Shown piece by piece: positions 8,103 through 17,627 of a stretch of DNA of 17,870 nt. The DNA is taken from assembly GCA_039803745.1 (NCBI GenBank), contig JBDRZD010000037.1, forward strand, positions 1-17,870, in the 5' to 3' direction. The position numbers and the translations under genes are program-made. Origin of the DNA: a candidate division WOR-3 bacterium (lineage in GTDB: Bacteria; Hydrothermota; Hydrothermia; Hydrothermales; Hydrothermaceae). Within the stretch, counting starts at the first letter, position 1. The number at the start of each line of letters is the position of its first letter. A model generated the notes under the pieces. The model had not been told where the DNA came from and ran no database searches. It saw only the letters and a program-made list of their open reading frames with translations.

Positions 8103-9504
8103 CGAGTTCCCTTTTTTGTTTTGCTACCCATTTTGAATAATATTTTTCTATATATTCTCTTTTTACACGGGTAAGCTCTGTTTCAGGGAATGTGGTGAGG
8201 AGTTTCCATCCAATATCAAATGTTTCTTCAATTTCCCTTTCCTTAAAACCCTGGTGTATCATTTCCCATTCAAATTTGTCAGCAAAATGTAAATATTTTT
8301 TATCCATTTCACTTAAAGCCTCTTCACCGATAATTGCAACAAGTTTTCTCATATCCCTTCCTTTTGCATAGCAGGCATAAAGCTGGTCCGCAAAATTTCT
8401 ATGGTCTTCCCTTGTTTTTCCCTTTCCTATTCCAAGATTCATCAAACGGGAAAGCGACATTAAAATATCAATTGGCGGGAAAATTCCTTTTCTATGAAGT
8501 TCTCTTGATAGAACTATCTGACCTTCTGTTATATATCCTGTTAAATCCGGTATTGGATGTGTTATATCATCATCGGGCATCGTTAAAATTGGTATTTGCG
8601 TTATAGAACCCTTTTTCCCCCTTATTCTTCCTGCTCTTTCATATATTGTTGCAAGGTCTGTATACATGTATCCAGGATAACCCCTTCTTCCTGGAACTTC
8701 TTCTCTTGCAGCCCCTATTTCCCTTAAAGCCTCACAATAGTTTGTCATATCAGAAAGAATAACAAGGACATGGTAATCAAGTTCAAAGGCAAAATATTCT
8801 GCAGTTCTTAAAGCAAGTCTTGGAGTTAAAAGTCTTTCAATTGCTGGGTCATCCGCAAGATTGACAAAAGCAACTATTCTTCCAAGAGAACCTGTTTCCC
8901 TGAATTCTTTTAAAAAATATGCATATTCCCTTGAAGTAATACCAAGTGCAGCAAATATTATTAAGAATTCTTCTCCTTCTCCCCTTACTTTTGCATATCT
9001 CATTATCATTGAAGCAATTTCATTTGCTGGAAGTCCTGAACCGGAGAATATGGGCAACTTCTGTCCTCTCACAAGTGTATTGAATCCATCAATTGCTGAA
9101 ATTCCTGTTTGAATAAAATCAGAGGGTTTATCCCTTGCTATTGGATTTATTGGTGCTCCAACAACAGGGAGCCTTTTTTCAGGTGTTATCTGTGGAAGCC
9201 CGTCACGCGGCTCGCCTCTTCCATTGAATATCCTTCCCTTCATTTCTTTTGATACACCGATTCTTATCTGGTCTTCAACAAATCTTATTCTTGTTTTTGC
9301 AACATCAAGTCCAATTGTCCCTTCAAGAACCTGAATTACTGCAAAATCTTCTGAAACATCAAGAACCTGACCACTCCTTTTACTTTCATCAGGAAGTATT
9401 ATTTCAACAAGTGCTCCATAGGATAAATCCTTTGCTTTTTCAACAAATAAAAGAGGACCAGATATATAAGATATTGTCTGATATTCCTTTGTTGTTAAAT
9501 CCAT
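8089..9504 (-). CDS. atpB: V/A-type ATP synthase subunit B (NtpB/AtpB)
   Basis: Motifs [105 protein letters not shown] at 9510-9515. Confidence 0.97.
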   Translation of the reverse strand: MDLTTKEYQTISYISGPLLFVEKAKDLSYGALVEIILPDESKRSGQVLDVSEDFAVIQVLEGTIGLDVAKTRIRFVEDQIRIGVSKEMKGRIFNGRGEPRDGLPQITPEKRLPVVGAPINPIARDKPSDFIQTGISAIDGFNTLVRGQKLPIFSGSGLPANEIASMIMRYAKVRGEGEEFLIIFAALGITSREYAYFLKEFRETGSLGRIVAFVNLADDPAIERLLTPRLALRTAEYFAFELDYHVLVILSDMTNYCEALREIGAAREEVPGRRGYPGYMYTDLATIYERAGRIRGKKGSITQIPILTMPDDDITHPIPDLTGYITEGQIVLSRELHRKGIFPPIDILMSLSRLMNLGIGKGKTREDHRNFADQLYACYAKGRDMRKLVAIIGEEALSEMDKKYLHFADKFEWEMIHQGFKEREIEETFDIGWKLLTTFPETELTRVKREYIEKYYSKWVAKQKRELVETG

Positions 9505-9526
9505 ATTTTCTCCTTTTTAGTTTTTA

Positions 9527-9556
9527 ATTTTAATATGAAAAAGTTTATTTTTTCAA
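9527..9556 (-). promoter_or_regulatory. Putative promoter TTGAAA-N18-TAAAAT for atpB-GT2-SDR-GT9
   Basis: Minus-strand -35 at 9551-9556 and -10 at 9527-9532, upstream of the atpB SD. The AT-rich background lowers specificity. Confidence 0.45.
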
Positions 9557-10756
9557 AATGCTTTTTATTTTTATTACTTTACTCCCTTCAAACTCTATAA
9601 TCTCGTTCTCGTATTCCCATTCTTTTTTCCTTTTACTTTTATAAAAGGCTATTCTTTTTGGTTCACCTTTTGAAAAGTAAACTTCTTCTTCTGTCATTCC
9701 CTCTTTTATTTTTCCATTTAAAATTAATTCATATATTTCATTTTTTTCATCAGGAAATATTTTTTTTAGAATATTGATTATCTCTTCCTTTGAATAAATC
9801 TCTTTTATAATTTCAAAAGCACCTCTTCTTATCTTTAATTCTTTTTCTCTATCTTCTATTACTTCTTTTAATTTAAACTTCATATTTTCTTTTTCTTTCA
9901 AAATTTTTTTTGTAAACTCTTGTATCTCTTTTTGCGGATCAAATACTGCAGTTATCAAATAAATTAATGAGGAATCACTTTCAATATTTGCAAGAGAAAT
10001 TATCGCTTCTTTTTTAAGCAACATATTATTTGAATGAAGAAATTCTGCGATTTTCCGGACTGCTTTTTTTATTTTGAGTTTACCAAGAGCATTTATAATT
10101 TCCCTTTTTATATAATCGTTTTCAGTTTCAAGGTATAAAAGTAAAGTATCTATGATTTTTTCATCAACTTCACCTATTTCACCAATTGCGTATATTGCTG
10201 AAATTTTGACATTTTCTTCTTTTGCTTTTAAAAAATAAAATATTTCATTTATTGTTTCTTTTGCTTTGAAATATCCAAAAACTTTTATTATTTCAGAAAT
10301 GTTTGTATAATCCTTTTCTTTAAGAAGTGCTTTTTTTAAAAATGGTATACTTCTTTTATCATTTATACTTTTGAGCGCAATTATTGCTTCTCTTCTTACT
10401 AAATCGTGAGGATCATTTAACATTTTAACAATATAAGAAAATGAAGAAGTATCTCCTATTTCACCGAGTGCTTTTATTGCTCCTCCTCTGAGTCCTGGAT
10501 GAGGATCATTTAAAAGTGAATTGAGAACAGGGATAGCCTTGTTACTTTTTATTTTTCCAATTATATCACATATTTCTATTTTATAATCTATTTCTTCTCT
10601 TTTATCTTTTAAAATTTCAAGCAAAAATGGTAATGCCTCTTCCCCAATTTTTATAATACTGTCCTTGGCATATTCATATGCGGGTGTCTTATATTTGATT
10701 GCATTTAAATAATCTTTTATTTCAAAGTTTATAAGAAAAAGAATTATAAATCCCAT
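9545..10756 (-). CDS. HEAT (PBS-lyase-type) repeat protein with short hydrophobic leader and C-terminal BamE/SmpA-like domain
   Basis: About 31-aa repeats (LLNDPHPGLRGGAIKALGEIGD, MLNDPHDLVRREAIIALKSIND, ENVKISAIYAIGEIG, NDYIKREIINALGKLK). A 14-nt DNA repeat occurs 93 nt apart (10407-10420, 10500-10513). C-terminal IKEGMTEEEV...GEP...WEY. Confidence 0.85.
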   Translation of the reverse strand: MGFIILFLINFEIKDYLNAIKYKTPAYEYAKDSIIKIGEEALPFLLEILKDKREEIDYKIEICDIIGKIKSNKAIPVLNSLLNDPHPGLRGGAIKALGEIGDTSSFSYIVKMLNDPHDLVRREAIIALKSINDKRSIPFLKKALLKEKDYTNISEIIKVFGYFKAKETINEIFYFLKAKEENVKISAIYAIGEIGEVDEKIIDTLLLYLETENDYIKREIINALGKLKIKKAVRKIAEFLHSNNMLLKKEAIISLANIESDSSLIYLITAVFDPQKEIQEFTKKILKEKENMKFKLKEVIEDREKELKIRRGAFEIIKEIYSKEEIINILKKIFPDEKNEIYELILNGKIKEGMTEEEVYFSKGEPKRIAFYKSKRKKEWEYENEIIEFEGSKVIKIKSILKK

Positions 10757-10757
10757 T

Positions 10758-12455
10758 TTATTCTATTATTTTAAATTCTACCCTTCTATTTTTTGCCCTT
10801 CCTTCTTCTGTTTTATTTGATGCAATAGGGCGCGTATCCCCATAACCCTTTGGAATAAGCCTTTGAGGTTCTATTTTAAATTTATTAATTAAATAATTCT
10901 TTACAGCCTCAGCCCTTGCCTGAGAGAGTTCCAGATTTGAAGGGAATCTGCGAGTTCTTATAGGTCTTGAATCTGTATGTCCTGCTATTTCTATTTTTAT
11001 ATCCGGATTTTGCAAAAGTATCCTTCCTATATAGTCCAAAATTGGATAGGATTCTGATAGAATTTCATCGCTTGCTGTTGCAAATCTTATCTCTGAAAAT
11101 ACAAATATTTCTCCTTTTTTAAGAAGTAGAATTTCTTTTTCAATTTTTTCTGATTCTTTTATTTCCATTGAAAATTTCTGTGGATAATATCCTGGATCTT
11201 CAGGTTCTATAATAAGTTCATATATTCCTGGCTCAAGTTTTGGAATTAAAATTTCTCCCTTTCCACTCACATATCCTTCAACGGGTCCTTCATATTTTAC
11301 TTTTGCACTTAAGGGTTCTTTTGTCTTTGCATCTAAGAGTTTTATATAAACTTCGGATGGCGGAATCATTGAAAGTTCTATTTTTTCTTTATGTATCATT
11401 CCTTTTTTTATTTTAACTATTCTTTTTTCAGGATAATAGCCTTCTTTTTTCACAAGAATTGATACATCTCCTTCACAAATATTTTTCTTTTTAATTTTCC
11501 CTTCTTTTAAATGGAATTTACCCTCTACCATTCCTTCAAATTCTATATCCGATTCAAGTAATTCACCTGTATTTTTATCAATTATGAAAATTTCAAGGCC
11601 ACCTTTTGGGATATACTGACTGTAATCAAAATTCAACCACCACCTGTGAGTATTTCCAAGAAAATTATAAGGAACAAAGGCATATTCAACATTTATTCTT
11701 TCCCATTTTATACCTGCCCCAAATGTGAGCCCTCCCAGTTCTTCATCCTGGGGACCTGTTCTGTAGCCAAACCTTATAGCACCCGGTCCTTTATAAATCT
11801 CTAAACCAAAATGGTACTCTATTTCTTTATTTATTTCATAAACAATATCTCCAAAGAGATTTAAATACCTTGGAAATGAATAAAAGACCCCAATTTTTGA
11901 TAGAACTGGCATCTCGTATGTTTTATATTTATAATTTACACCTTTTCCTATATTCTGAATTGTTCCTCCAATTGCTAAGTTTTCTTTAATTAAATAATGA
12001 CCTCCTATATCAAATCCGATACCATTTCCAATATCATTTATTATTTTGTCATAGATATATTTTAATGAAATTCCAAAGGAAAGAAAAGGATTTAAGTTTT
12101 TTGAATATGTCAGGTTCATGAGCCATGTATTTTCACTTCCTTCTCCTTTTAAATAATTATCCTCTGACCACATCTCAATTCCTTTGATTCCACTATATAT
12201 TAATGCAAAACCGAAACTTCCGAAATCAGAATTATAAGAACTCAGAAGATACTGTTGACTTATATCCTCAAACCACATATCATATCCAAAAGCAATTGAG
12301 GAGAATTCATTTTTTGATAGTGCCCCTGGATTCCAGAGTATTGACATTATATCTTTATAGCCTGCTGTATATGCTTCACCGAGTGCTGCTGGTTTTGCTC
12401 CATAATTCATTCTTAAAAGCATATAAGAAAACAAAAATAATTTTATAAGATTCAT
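10758..12455 (-). CDS. PorV/PorQ(FadL-like)-family beta-barrel fused to PEGA/carboxypeptidase-regulatory-like domains and an OmpA_C-like peptidoglycan-binding domain
   Basis: N-terminal [23 protein letters not shown]. Amphipathic strands end at [21 protein letters not shown]. Two beta-sandwich units ([19 protein letters not shown]). OmpA motifs [53 protein letters not shown]. Confidence 0.85.
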   Translation of the reverse strand: MNLIKLFLFSYMLLRMNYGAKPAALGEAYTAGYKDIMSILWNPGALSKNEFSSIAFGYDMWFEDISQQYLLSSYNSDFGSFGFALIYSGIKGIEMWSEDNYLKGEGSENTWLMNLTYSKNLNPFLSFGISLKYIYDKIINDIGNGIGFDIGGHYLIKENLAIGGTIQNIGKGVNYKYKTYEMPVLSKIGVFYSFPRYLNLFGDIVYEINKEIEYHFGLEIYKGPGAIRFGYRTGPQDEELGGLTFGAGIKWERINVEYAFVPYNFLGNTHRWWLNFDYSQYIPKGGLEIFIIDKNTGELLESDIEFEGMVEGKFHLKEGKIKKKNICEGDVSILVKKEGYYPEKRIVKIKKGMIHKEKIELSMIPPSEVYIKLLDAKTKEPLSAKVKYEGPVEGYVSGKGEILIPKLEPGIYELIIEPEDPGYYPQKFSMEIKESEKIEKEILLLKKGEIFVFSEIRFATASDEILSESYPILDYIGRILLQNPDIKIEIAGHTDSRPIRTRRFPSNLELSQARAEAVKNYLINKFKIEPQRLIPKGYGDTRPIASNKTEEGRAKNRRVEFKIIE

Positions 12456-12457
12456 TT

Positions 12458-15400
12458 TTACCTCCCTGAAATTTTTGCAGTTTTCTTCTTTATTGTTTTA
12501 TTTATGGTTGAGCCATCAAATTTAAAATAATATATATAAACTCCAGGTGGAATTTCCTTATTTTCTTCGTCTTTTCCATCCCATTTTATGAAGTATATCC
12601 CTTCATTTTTATATTCTTCTTTAATCAATGATTTTATTTTTCTTCCAAGCCTATCATATACTATTAAAGTTACCTTTCCTTTTTCAGGTACAGAGAATAT
12701 GAACGTAGTGGATTTATGGAATGGACTTTCAAAATTGTGAATATCAACAGGTGGTATTGCTTTTGTTGTAAGTTCTGCACTATCCCCTTTTGATGGGAAT
12801 GTGGTTGAAAATACCTTAATTTTTGTAATGTCCATGAGTTTCTGTGGGAATCCTTCCCCGGGTAAAAGTCCTTCTAAAGAGAAATAAGGGGCTTTTATCC
12901 TTACATAAAAAACAGCACTATCATTTGCCTTAACCTCTAAATTTGGGAAAGTTAAGGGATTTTTATTTTCATCTAAAAATTCTATATTCCATTCAGGTTT
13001 TGTTCCTTCAGATTCAATTTTCACTATTTCATCCGTATTTGAAAATAAAATGATTTTCATTGGGTAATCATAAAATTCTCCACAGGGTATTGTTTTTTCC
13101 TGATCTTTTTTTAATTCAAGGGAAAAAATGAATGGATTTACCTTTATTGTCACAAAAGATGAATCACTTCCTTTATAAGGGGAAACATTTTTCAAAAAGG
13201 CATAAGTTATTTTTATTTTTATACTGTCAATTTCATCTTTATTTGCATTTGAAGGTATTGTAACTTTTAAAAGAAAAGTGTCAGTTTTGTTGGGAGGAAG
13301 AGAATCAATATCAATTAGACCATCATTATTTGTATCGTATAAAGGAGTTATACCATCTTTTTTAAAAAATCCGGTAAACCATGTTGGCTTTGTAACAGAA
13401 AATTCTATGTTTATTACATCTTTTATTTCTCCTAAATTTGAAGCAGAAAATGGAATAATTATCTCTTTGCCCGGTTCTCCTGAGGTATTCACAAAATGAG
13501 GTAAAAGAGAAAGTTTCACCCTTGCTCCGATATATGTTATCACCCTTGCAGAATCTTTTATGTTTTCATATTTTGATAAATATCCTTTTAAGAAAATTGT
13601 ATCACCTCCAATTATTGCCGTATCTTTGAAAGAAGGGGGTGTTATTTTTAATACGATATTTTTTTGTGTATATGCAGGAAGATAAATTTTACCTGTGATT
13701 GGTGTTATACTATCTTCCTCAAGAATTTGTGCTTCCCATCCATTTCCAAGCCCTTTTATAATTAAATTTATGCTGTCATCAAAATTGCTTTCATTTTTTA
13801 AATATAAATCGTAAAATTTATTTCCACCTAAAAAGACCATTCCTTCGCGGTCTGGATATACTAAAATTCCCGGTTTTTCAAGAATACTTATTTCTATTTT
13901 TGCAGAGTCTCTTGCAGAAGGGAAAGATGCATACATCCCTTTAACAAATATTCTTCCAACTGTTCCTGCAATTAAACTATCAGGCAAGATGGTTTTAACA
14001 TTTAAACTTTTTATTCCGCCCTGTGGTAAAGAATCTATATCCGGAATACCATCATTATTATGGTCAGAAAGTGGAAGTCCATTTGTATCAAGAATCTCTA
14101 TATTCCAGGAAACATTGGAGGATGTATCTATATTTATTACATCTTTAAAATTTCCAAGGTTTTTAACCCTTATATTGAATAAAAGAGTATCTTTTGGATA
14201 ACCGCCACATTCAGTATCAGGTTCAACAACTAAATTAAAAGAAAGACCGCATACAGTTATCAAAAATGCTGAATCCCTTCCAATAGGATCAACTCCGTTC
14301 CTTGCATACATTGCCCTTATAATACCTGTATCAGAAATTCCAGCAGGTGTGCCAATTGGGGGGCTTACTTTTACCACTATTTTTGTAGAATCAAGAGGAG
14401 GCAAAGTATCAATGTCAATATATCCATCTCCATTTGTATCTGTAAGGGGTGTTATCCCATCCGCTTTATAATATCCATGCCACCATGAATTCTGTGTATG
14501 AGTAGGTAATATGTTTACAACATCTTTAAGGTAAGCATTTTTAATCCATAAGGTATAAGAGAGAGTATCACCAGGTGAAACTCCTTGTGTTTGGTCAGGA
14601 TAAATATCTAATTTTGCAACTGCTGAATAAGGGAGAGTGTAATAGATATTTTTTTCACCATCCCTTGTATCTGTCCATGAAATAAGTGGTGCCCATCCTT
14701 TACATCCTTTTACAGTTGAAACTGCTATTTGTGCCCAGTTTGATTCTTCAACATATGGACCATCACTTGCTTCTCTTGAAAGTTCCCAGATCGGTGTATA
14801 CCAGAAGCCTATTCCGAGGCTATCCTGATGGATTCTTTTATAGGCAACCCATGCATCTCTATAATAGACACAATGGAAATACCCGATAACTGTGTCACCT
14901 TTCGCATTCATTCCATCCACACTTACTGCTGGCGTTTTTGTATTTGCGGTTGTTTGATCAACCACATCATTTCCCCAGCTTTCACCACCATTTGTGCTAT
15001 AAACATATACTATATTTATGTCGCCCGGGGTAAATTCAGATTGTGAAACTATTACAACACTCCATCCACCTCTTGATGCTGCTATTTCATTAGAATAAAT
15101 AGGATAAGGATTATGATAAACATTCTGTTTTTCTACCCATGTACCTCCTCTATCACCAGAAATTGCCACATATATATCATTTTCTCCATAAAGGTAAGAA
15201 AAATATATTTTGCCATGTCCTGCAGCACCCCATAAAAATTGGCGATAACTTCCAAGCCATGAAGAATAATCTGCTTTCATTTCCCATGTTGCCCCCCTAT
15301 CAGTGGATCTATATATTTTTACTCCTCTCCATCCTGTCCATCTTGAATAACTATAAGCAATGAATATGTAATTGTTTGGATATTTATATTCTATTGTTAT

Positions 15401-15976
15401 TGCGGGTGTCCATGTTTCGTCTCCACTTATATCAATTGGAACTCCATGAACTCTTATAAGGTTTGGATCAAGAATTAAGCAATAAACATCATAATCTCCT
15501 ACATCCACATGGCAGGCAATATAAACACTGTCAGTGGAAAGATCTATTACCACTACAGGATCTCCTGCATCATAATAAGTATTTGGATTGCCCGGGTCAT
15601 AGAAATATATGTATCCTACATATTCCCAGTTAATTCCTAAGTTATCTGAACGATAAAGTCCTATAACCCATTTATTCTTTTCAGAAGAAAAGAAATTGTC
15701 AACCATTATAAGAGTTCCATCTGTTTGAGGTGCAATAGTTGATGTGCGATTGTCCTGGGATTGTGGGGTAACCCTTATATCAGGAGCAAACCATCCATAT
15801 TTTATTCTATTTTTTTCTTCTTTTGAAGGTATTATTTGATTAACTTTTACAAATTTAAAAGCAACTTCTCCCTTTTCTTTAAATTTTTTAGGATTTGGTA
15901 TAAATTCTTTACCCGAGCGCGTTTTTGCAGGTGCAATTCCTATTAATAAAGAAATCAAAATATTTAATCCAATCAT
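12458..15976 (-). CDS. Large surface protein: Asp-box/BNR propeller, five Ig-like repeats, FlgD-Ig/T9SS type-A-like C-terminal domain
   Basis: Asp-boxes [34 protein letters not shown]. Five repeats of about 120 aa. CTD: SPF..STTFIF...[16 protein letters not shown]...[18 protein letters not shown]...TIKKK. SD AAGGAGG. Confidence 0.85.
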   Translation of the reverse strand: MIGLNILISLLIGIAPAKTRSGKEFIPNPKKFKEKGEVAFKFVKVNQIIPSKEEKNRIKYGWFAPDIRVTPQSQDNRTSTIAPQTDGTLIMVDNFFSSEKNKWVIGLYRSDNLGINWEYVGYIYFYDPGNPNTYYDAGDPVVVIDLSTDSVYIACHVDVGDYDVYCLILDPNLIRVHGVPIDISGDETWTPAITIEYKYPNNYIFIAYSYSRWTGWRGVKIYRSTDRGATWEMKADYSSWLGSYRQFLWGAAGHGKIYFSYLYGENDIYVAISGDRGGTWVEKQNVYHNPYPIYSNEIAASRGGWSVVIVSQSEFTPGDINIVYVYSTNGGESWGNDVVDQTTANTKTPAVSVDGMNAKGDTVIGYFHCVYYRDAWVAYKRIHQDSLGIGFWYTPIWELSREASDGPYVEESNWAQIAVSTVKGCKGWAPLISWTDTRDGEKNIYYTLPYSAVAKLDIYPDQTQGVSPGDTLSYTLWIKNAYLKDVVNILPTHTQNSWWHGYYKADGITPLTDTNGDGYIDIDTLPPLDSTKIVVKVSPPIGTPAGISDTGIIRAMYARNGVDPIGRDSAFLITVCGLSFNLVVEPDTECGGYPKDTLLFNIRVKNLGNFKDVINIDTSSNVSWNIEILDTNGLPLSDHNNDGIPDIDSLPQGGIKSLNVKTILPDSLIAGTVGRIFVKGMYASFPSARDSAKIEISILEKPGILVYPDREGMVFLGGNKFYDLYLKNESNFDDSINLIIKGLGNGWEAQILEEDSITPITGKIYLPAYTQKNIVLKITPPSFKDTAIIGGDTIFLKGYLSKYENIKDSARVITYIGARVKLSLLPHFVNTSGEPGKEIIIPFSASNLGEIKDVINIEFSVTKPTWFTGFFKKDGITPLYDTNNDGLIDIDSLPPNKTDTFLLKVTIPSNANKDEIDSIKIKITYAFLKNVSPYKGSDSSFVTIKVNPFIFSLELKKDQEKTIPCGEFYDYPMKIILFSNTDEIVKIESEGTKPEWNIEFLDENKNPLTFPNLEVKANDSAVFYVRIKAPYFSLEGLLPGEGFPQKLMDITKIKVFSTTFPSKGDSAELTTKAIPPVDIHNFESPFHKSTTFIFSVPEKGKVTLIVYDRLGRKIKSLIKEEYKNEGIYFIKWDGKDEENKEIPPGVYIYYFKFDGSTINKTIKKKTAKISGR
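12765..14620 (-). repeat. Five tandem Ig-like protein repeats of about 120 aa
   Basis: Each unit begins with a hydrophobic strand then P(D)/KD...G, contains N.G..KDVINI-like and W motifs, and ends DSA/DSS (RDSAF, RDSAK, KDSAR, SDSSF, GDSAE). Boundaries are approximate. Confidence 0.75.
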
Positions 15977-15986
15977 AATGCCTCCT

Positions 15987-17576
15987 TTATGGCAAAATTA
16001 AAATTTTTTTATATTTATTCCTGAAATTTAAAAAATATACACCTTCTTTAGGATTTTTTAATTTCTGCCCTGCAATATTTATTATTTCCCATTTTTTATT
16101 TAACTTAAACTCAATTTTTCTGAACATATTTTTTTCATATTTTCTATATTTATCATCCAGAACAATTTTTTCTTCCACTTTATAACCCGGTATCCCTGTT
16201 TTTAAATAAAAAATCTTTATTTTTATTTCGTTCTGGGACTCAGATTCATAAACAAGGTCATTCACACCATTATAACTTGTTCCATAGATTATATGTAATG
16301 AATTTTCCCATATATTTCTTGCTACATGAGGAAGGTTATCATTAAAAAGTGGTGTATTTGTTATCTGAATCTTTTCTGTCCATGTATTTCCACCATTAAA
16401 GGAACTCATCCCGAATATATCCCAGTATCCATATCCTATATTTACATCTATCTGTGTCAATTCCTGCCATACAATACTTATTATATTTGCTGAGCGATTT
16501 ATACTAACTCCTACATGGCACCTTAAAATCGGGGTATCAATATCACTATCATTTGTTAAATTAACACATGTTCCACCTTTAAGCATATAAATATTTCCAC
16601 CACCATATACTGGCAATGTTATTCCTGTTGATGTATCTGTCATTGTTCCCCACATTTCTCCAACCCCGAAAAATACAGGTGTTCCATCAGGCAAGAATAT
16701 TCCTTCACCACCAACCCAGAATTGATACCAGCAATAATATAACCAGTTTCCTTCCATCCACATTGTATCAGGTGGTAATTTACCCACAAGGAGTGGACCT
16801 TCCCATGTGTTCCCCCCATCTAATGATCTTGCCATAAGAACCTGTTCTCCTTCAAAAATTCCACCTGGTGCCTTATAGAATACTGCAATTTTATTTCCAT
16901 CTATATCACTTCCTGCATATATCCCTTCTGATAAACTTATTACAGGTCTTATAGAATCAACGGGTTGCATATTTGCTGGATTAAACTTTTGTGCATATGT
17001 AAAACCTATATTATTTTGTTCATCATATCCACTTCCAAGAACCAATATGTTTCCATCCGGTAAATAAAGAGGGGTTGCATAACTTATTCCAAGATTTATT
17101 GAAAGTAATCTGTCAATATTCCAGTTTCCTGTACTTCTTGACATACTATTCCCTGCTTCTCTTCCCCATACACCTGAAATTGGAACTGACCAGGTAGAAA
17201 CACAGTAAGAAGGTGTTATACATGAATGGGGATATCTTCCTGGATAATCTTCTCCTGTAAGAGGATTTATTATTGGACTCCTTATCCATGTAGTTCCATT
17301 ATTTGAATAAGCATACCCAATCCATCCTGTTCCTGGATGAGAGGGATCTCTTCTTCTATAAGCAATTCCTATTAAATTATAATTCACACATATTGGGTCA
17401 TGTGCAGTCTCCCACAATGTATACTGATTTGGTGAAGAATCTATAATAACTGGCTGTAATTCAAATATGTTTTTTCCAGTTGAAGGGACTCCAAAATATT
17501 TACGATATTTTTTTAAATTTGGATCCTTTTTAAGATTTGGCTCTATACATATAAATAAAATTAAAAATATTTTCAT
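15987..17576 (-). CDS. Asp-box/BNR (sialidase-like propeller) exported protein with reduced T9SS-like CTD
   Basis: Asp-boxes YSNNGTTW, RSLDGGNTW, SSFNGGNTW. Tail EIINIAGQKLKNPKEGVYFLNFRNKYKKILILP. SD AGGGGGT. Confidence 0.78.
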   Translation of the reverse strand: MKIFLILFICIEPNLKKDPNLKKYRKYFGVPSTGKNIFELQPVIIDSSPNQYTLWETAHDPICVNYNLIGIAYRRRDPSHPGTGWIGYAYSNNGTTWIRSPIINPLTGEDYPGRYPHSCITPSYCVSTWSVPISGVWGREAGNSMSRSTGNWNIDRLLSINLGISYATPLYLPDGNILVLGSGYDEQNNIGFTYAQKFNPANMQPVDSIRPVISLSEGIYAGSDIDGNKIAVFYKAPGGIFEGEQVLMARSLDGGNTWEGPLLVGKLPPDTMWMEGNWLYYCWYQFWVGGEGIFLPDGTPVFFGVGEMWGTMTDTSTGITLPVYGGGNIYMLKGGTCVNLTNDSDIDTPILRCHVGVSINRSANIISIVWQELTQIDVNIGYGYWDIFGMSSFNGGNTWTEKIQITNTPLFNDNLPHVARNIWENSLHIIYGTSYNGVNDLVYESESQNEIKIKIFYLKTGIPGYKVEEKIVLDDKYRKYEKNMFRKIEFKLNKKWEIINIAGQKLKNPKEGVYFLNFRNKYKKILILP

Positions 17577-17597
17577 CTTACCCCCTAATGGTTTATT

Positions 17598-17627
17598 ATT
17601 TTAATCTATTTAAGATAAAATTTTCAA
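17598..17627 (-). promoter_or_regulatory. Putative promoter TTGAAA-N18-TAAAAT for the four-gene envelope operon
   Basis: Minus-strand -35 at 17622-17627 and -10 at 17598-17603, just upstream of the SD at about 17580-17586. Same hexamers and spacing as upstream of atpB. Confidence 0.5.

Noticed and set aside
8089..9504. F-type beta subunit, FliI/T3SS ATPase or pseudogene interpretation
   Set aside because: Motifs are specifically those of V/A-type subunit B, with no catalytic GxxGxGKT loop, and the ORF is full length and uninterrupted.
7255..16837. Short plus-strand ORFs (7255, 8334, 8861, 9249, 12203, 13278, 13989, 14686, 14828, 15139, 16616)
   Set aside because: All lie antisense to well-supported long CDSs and show shadow-frame composition.
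14600..17500. Visibly less AT-rich stretch as a horizontally acquired island
   Set aside because: Explained by G/P/W/T-rich extracellular protein composition. No integrase, tRNA or flanking repeats, and the SD/promoter style matches the rest of the window.
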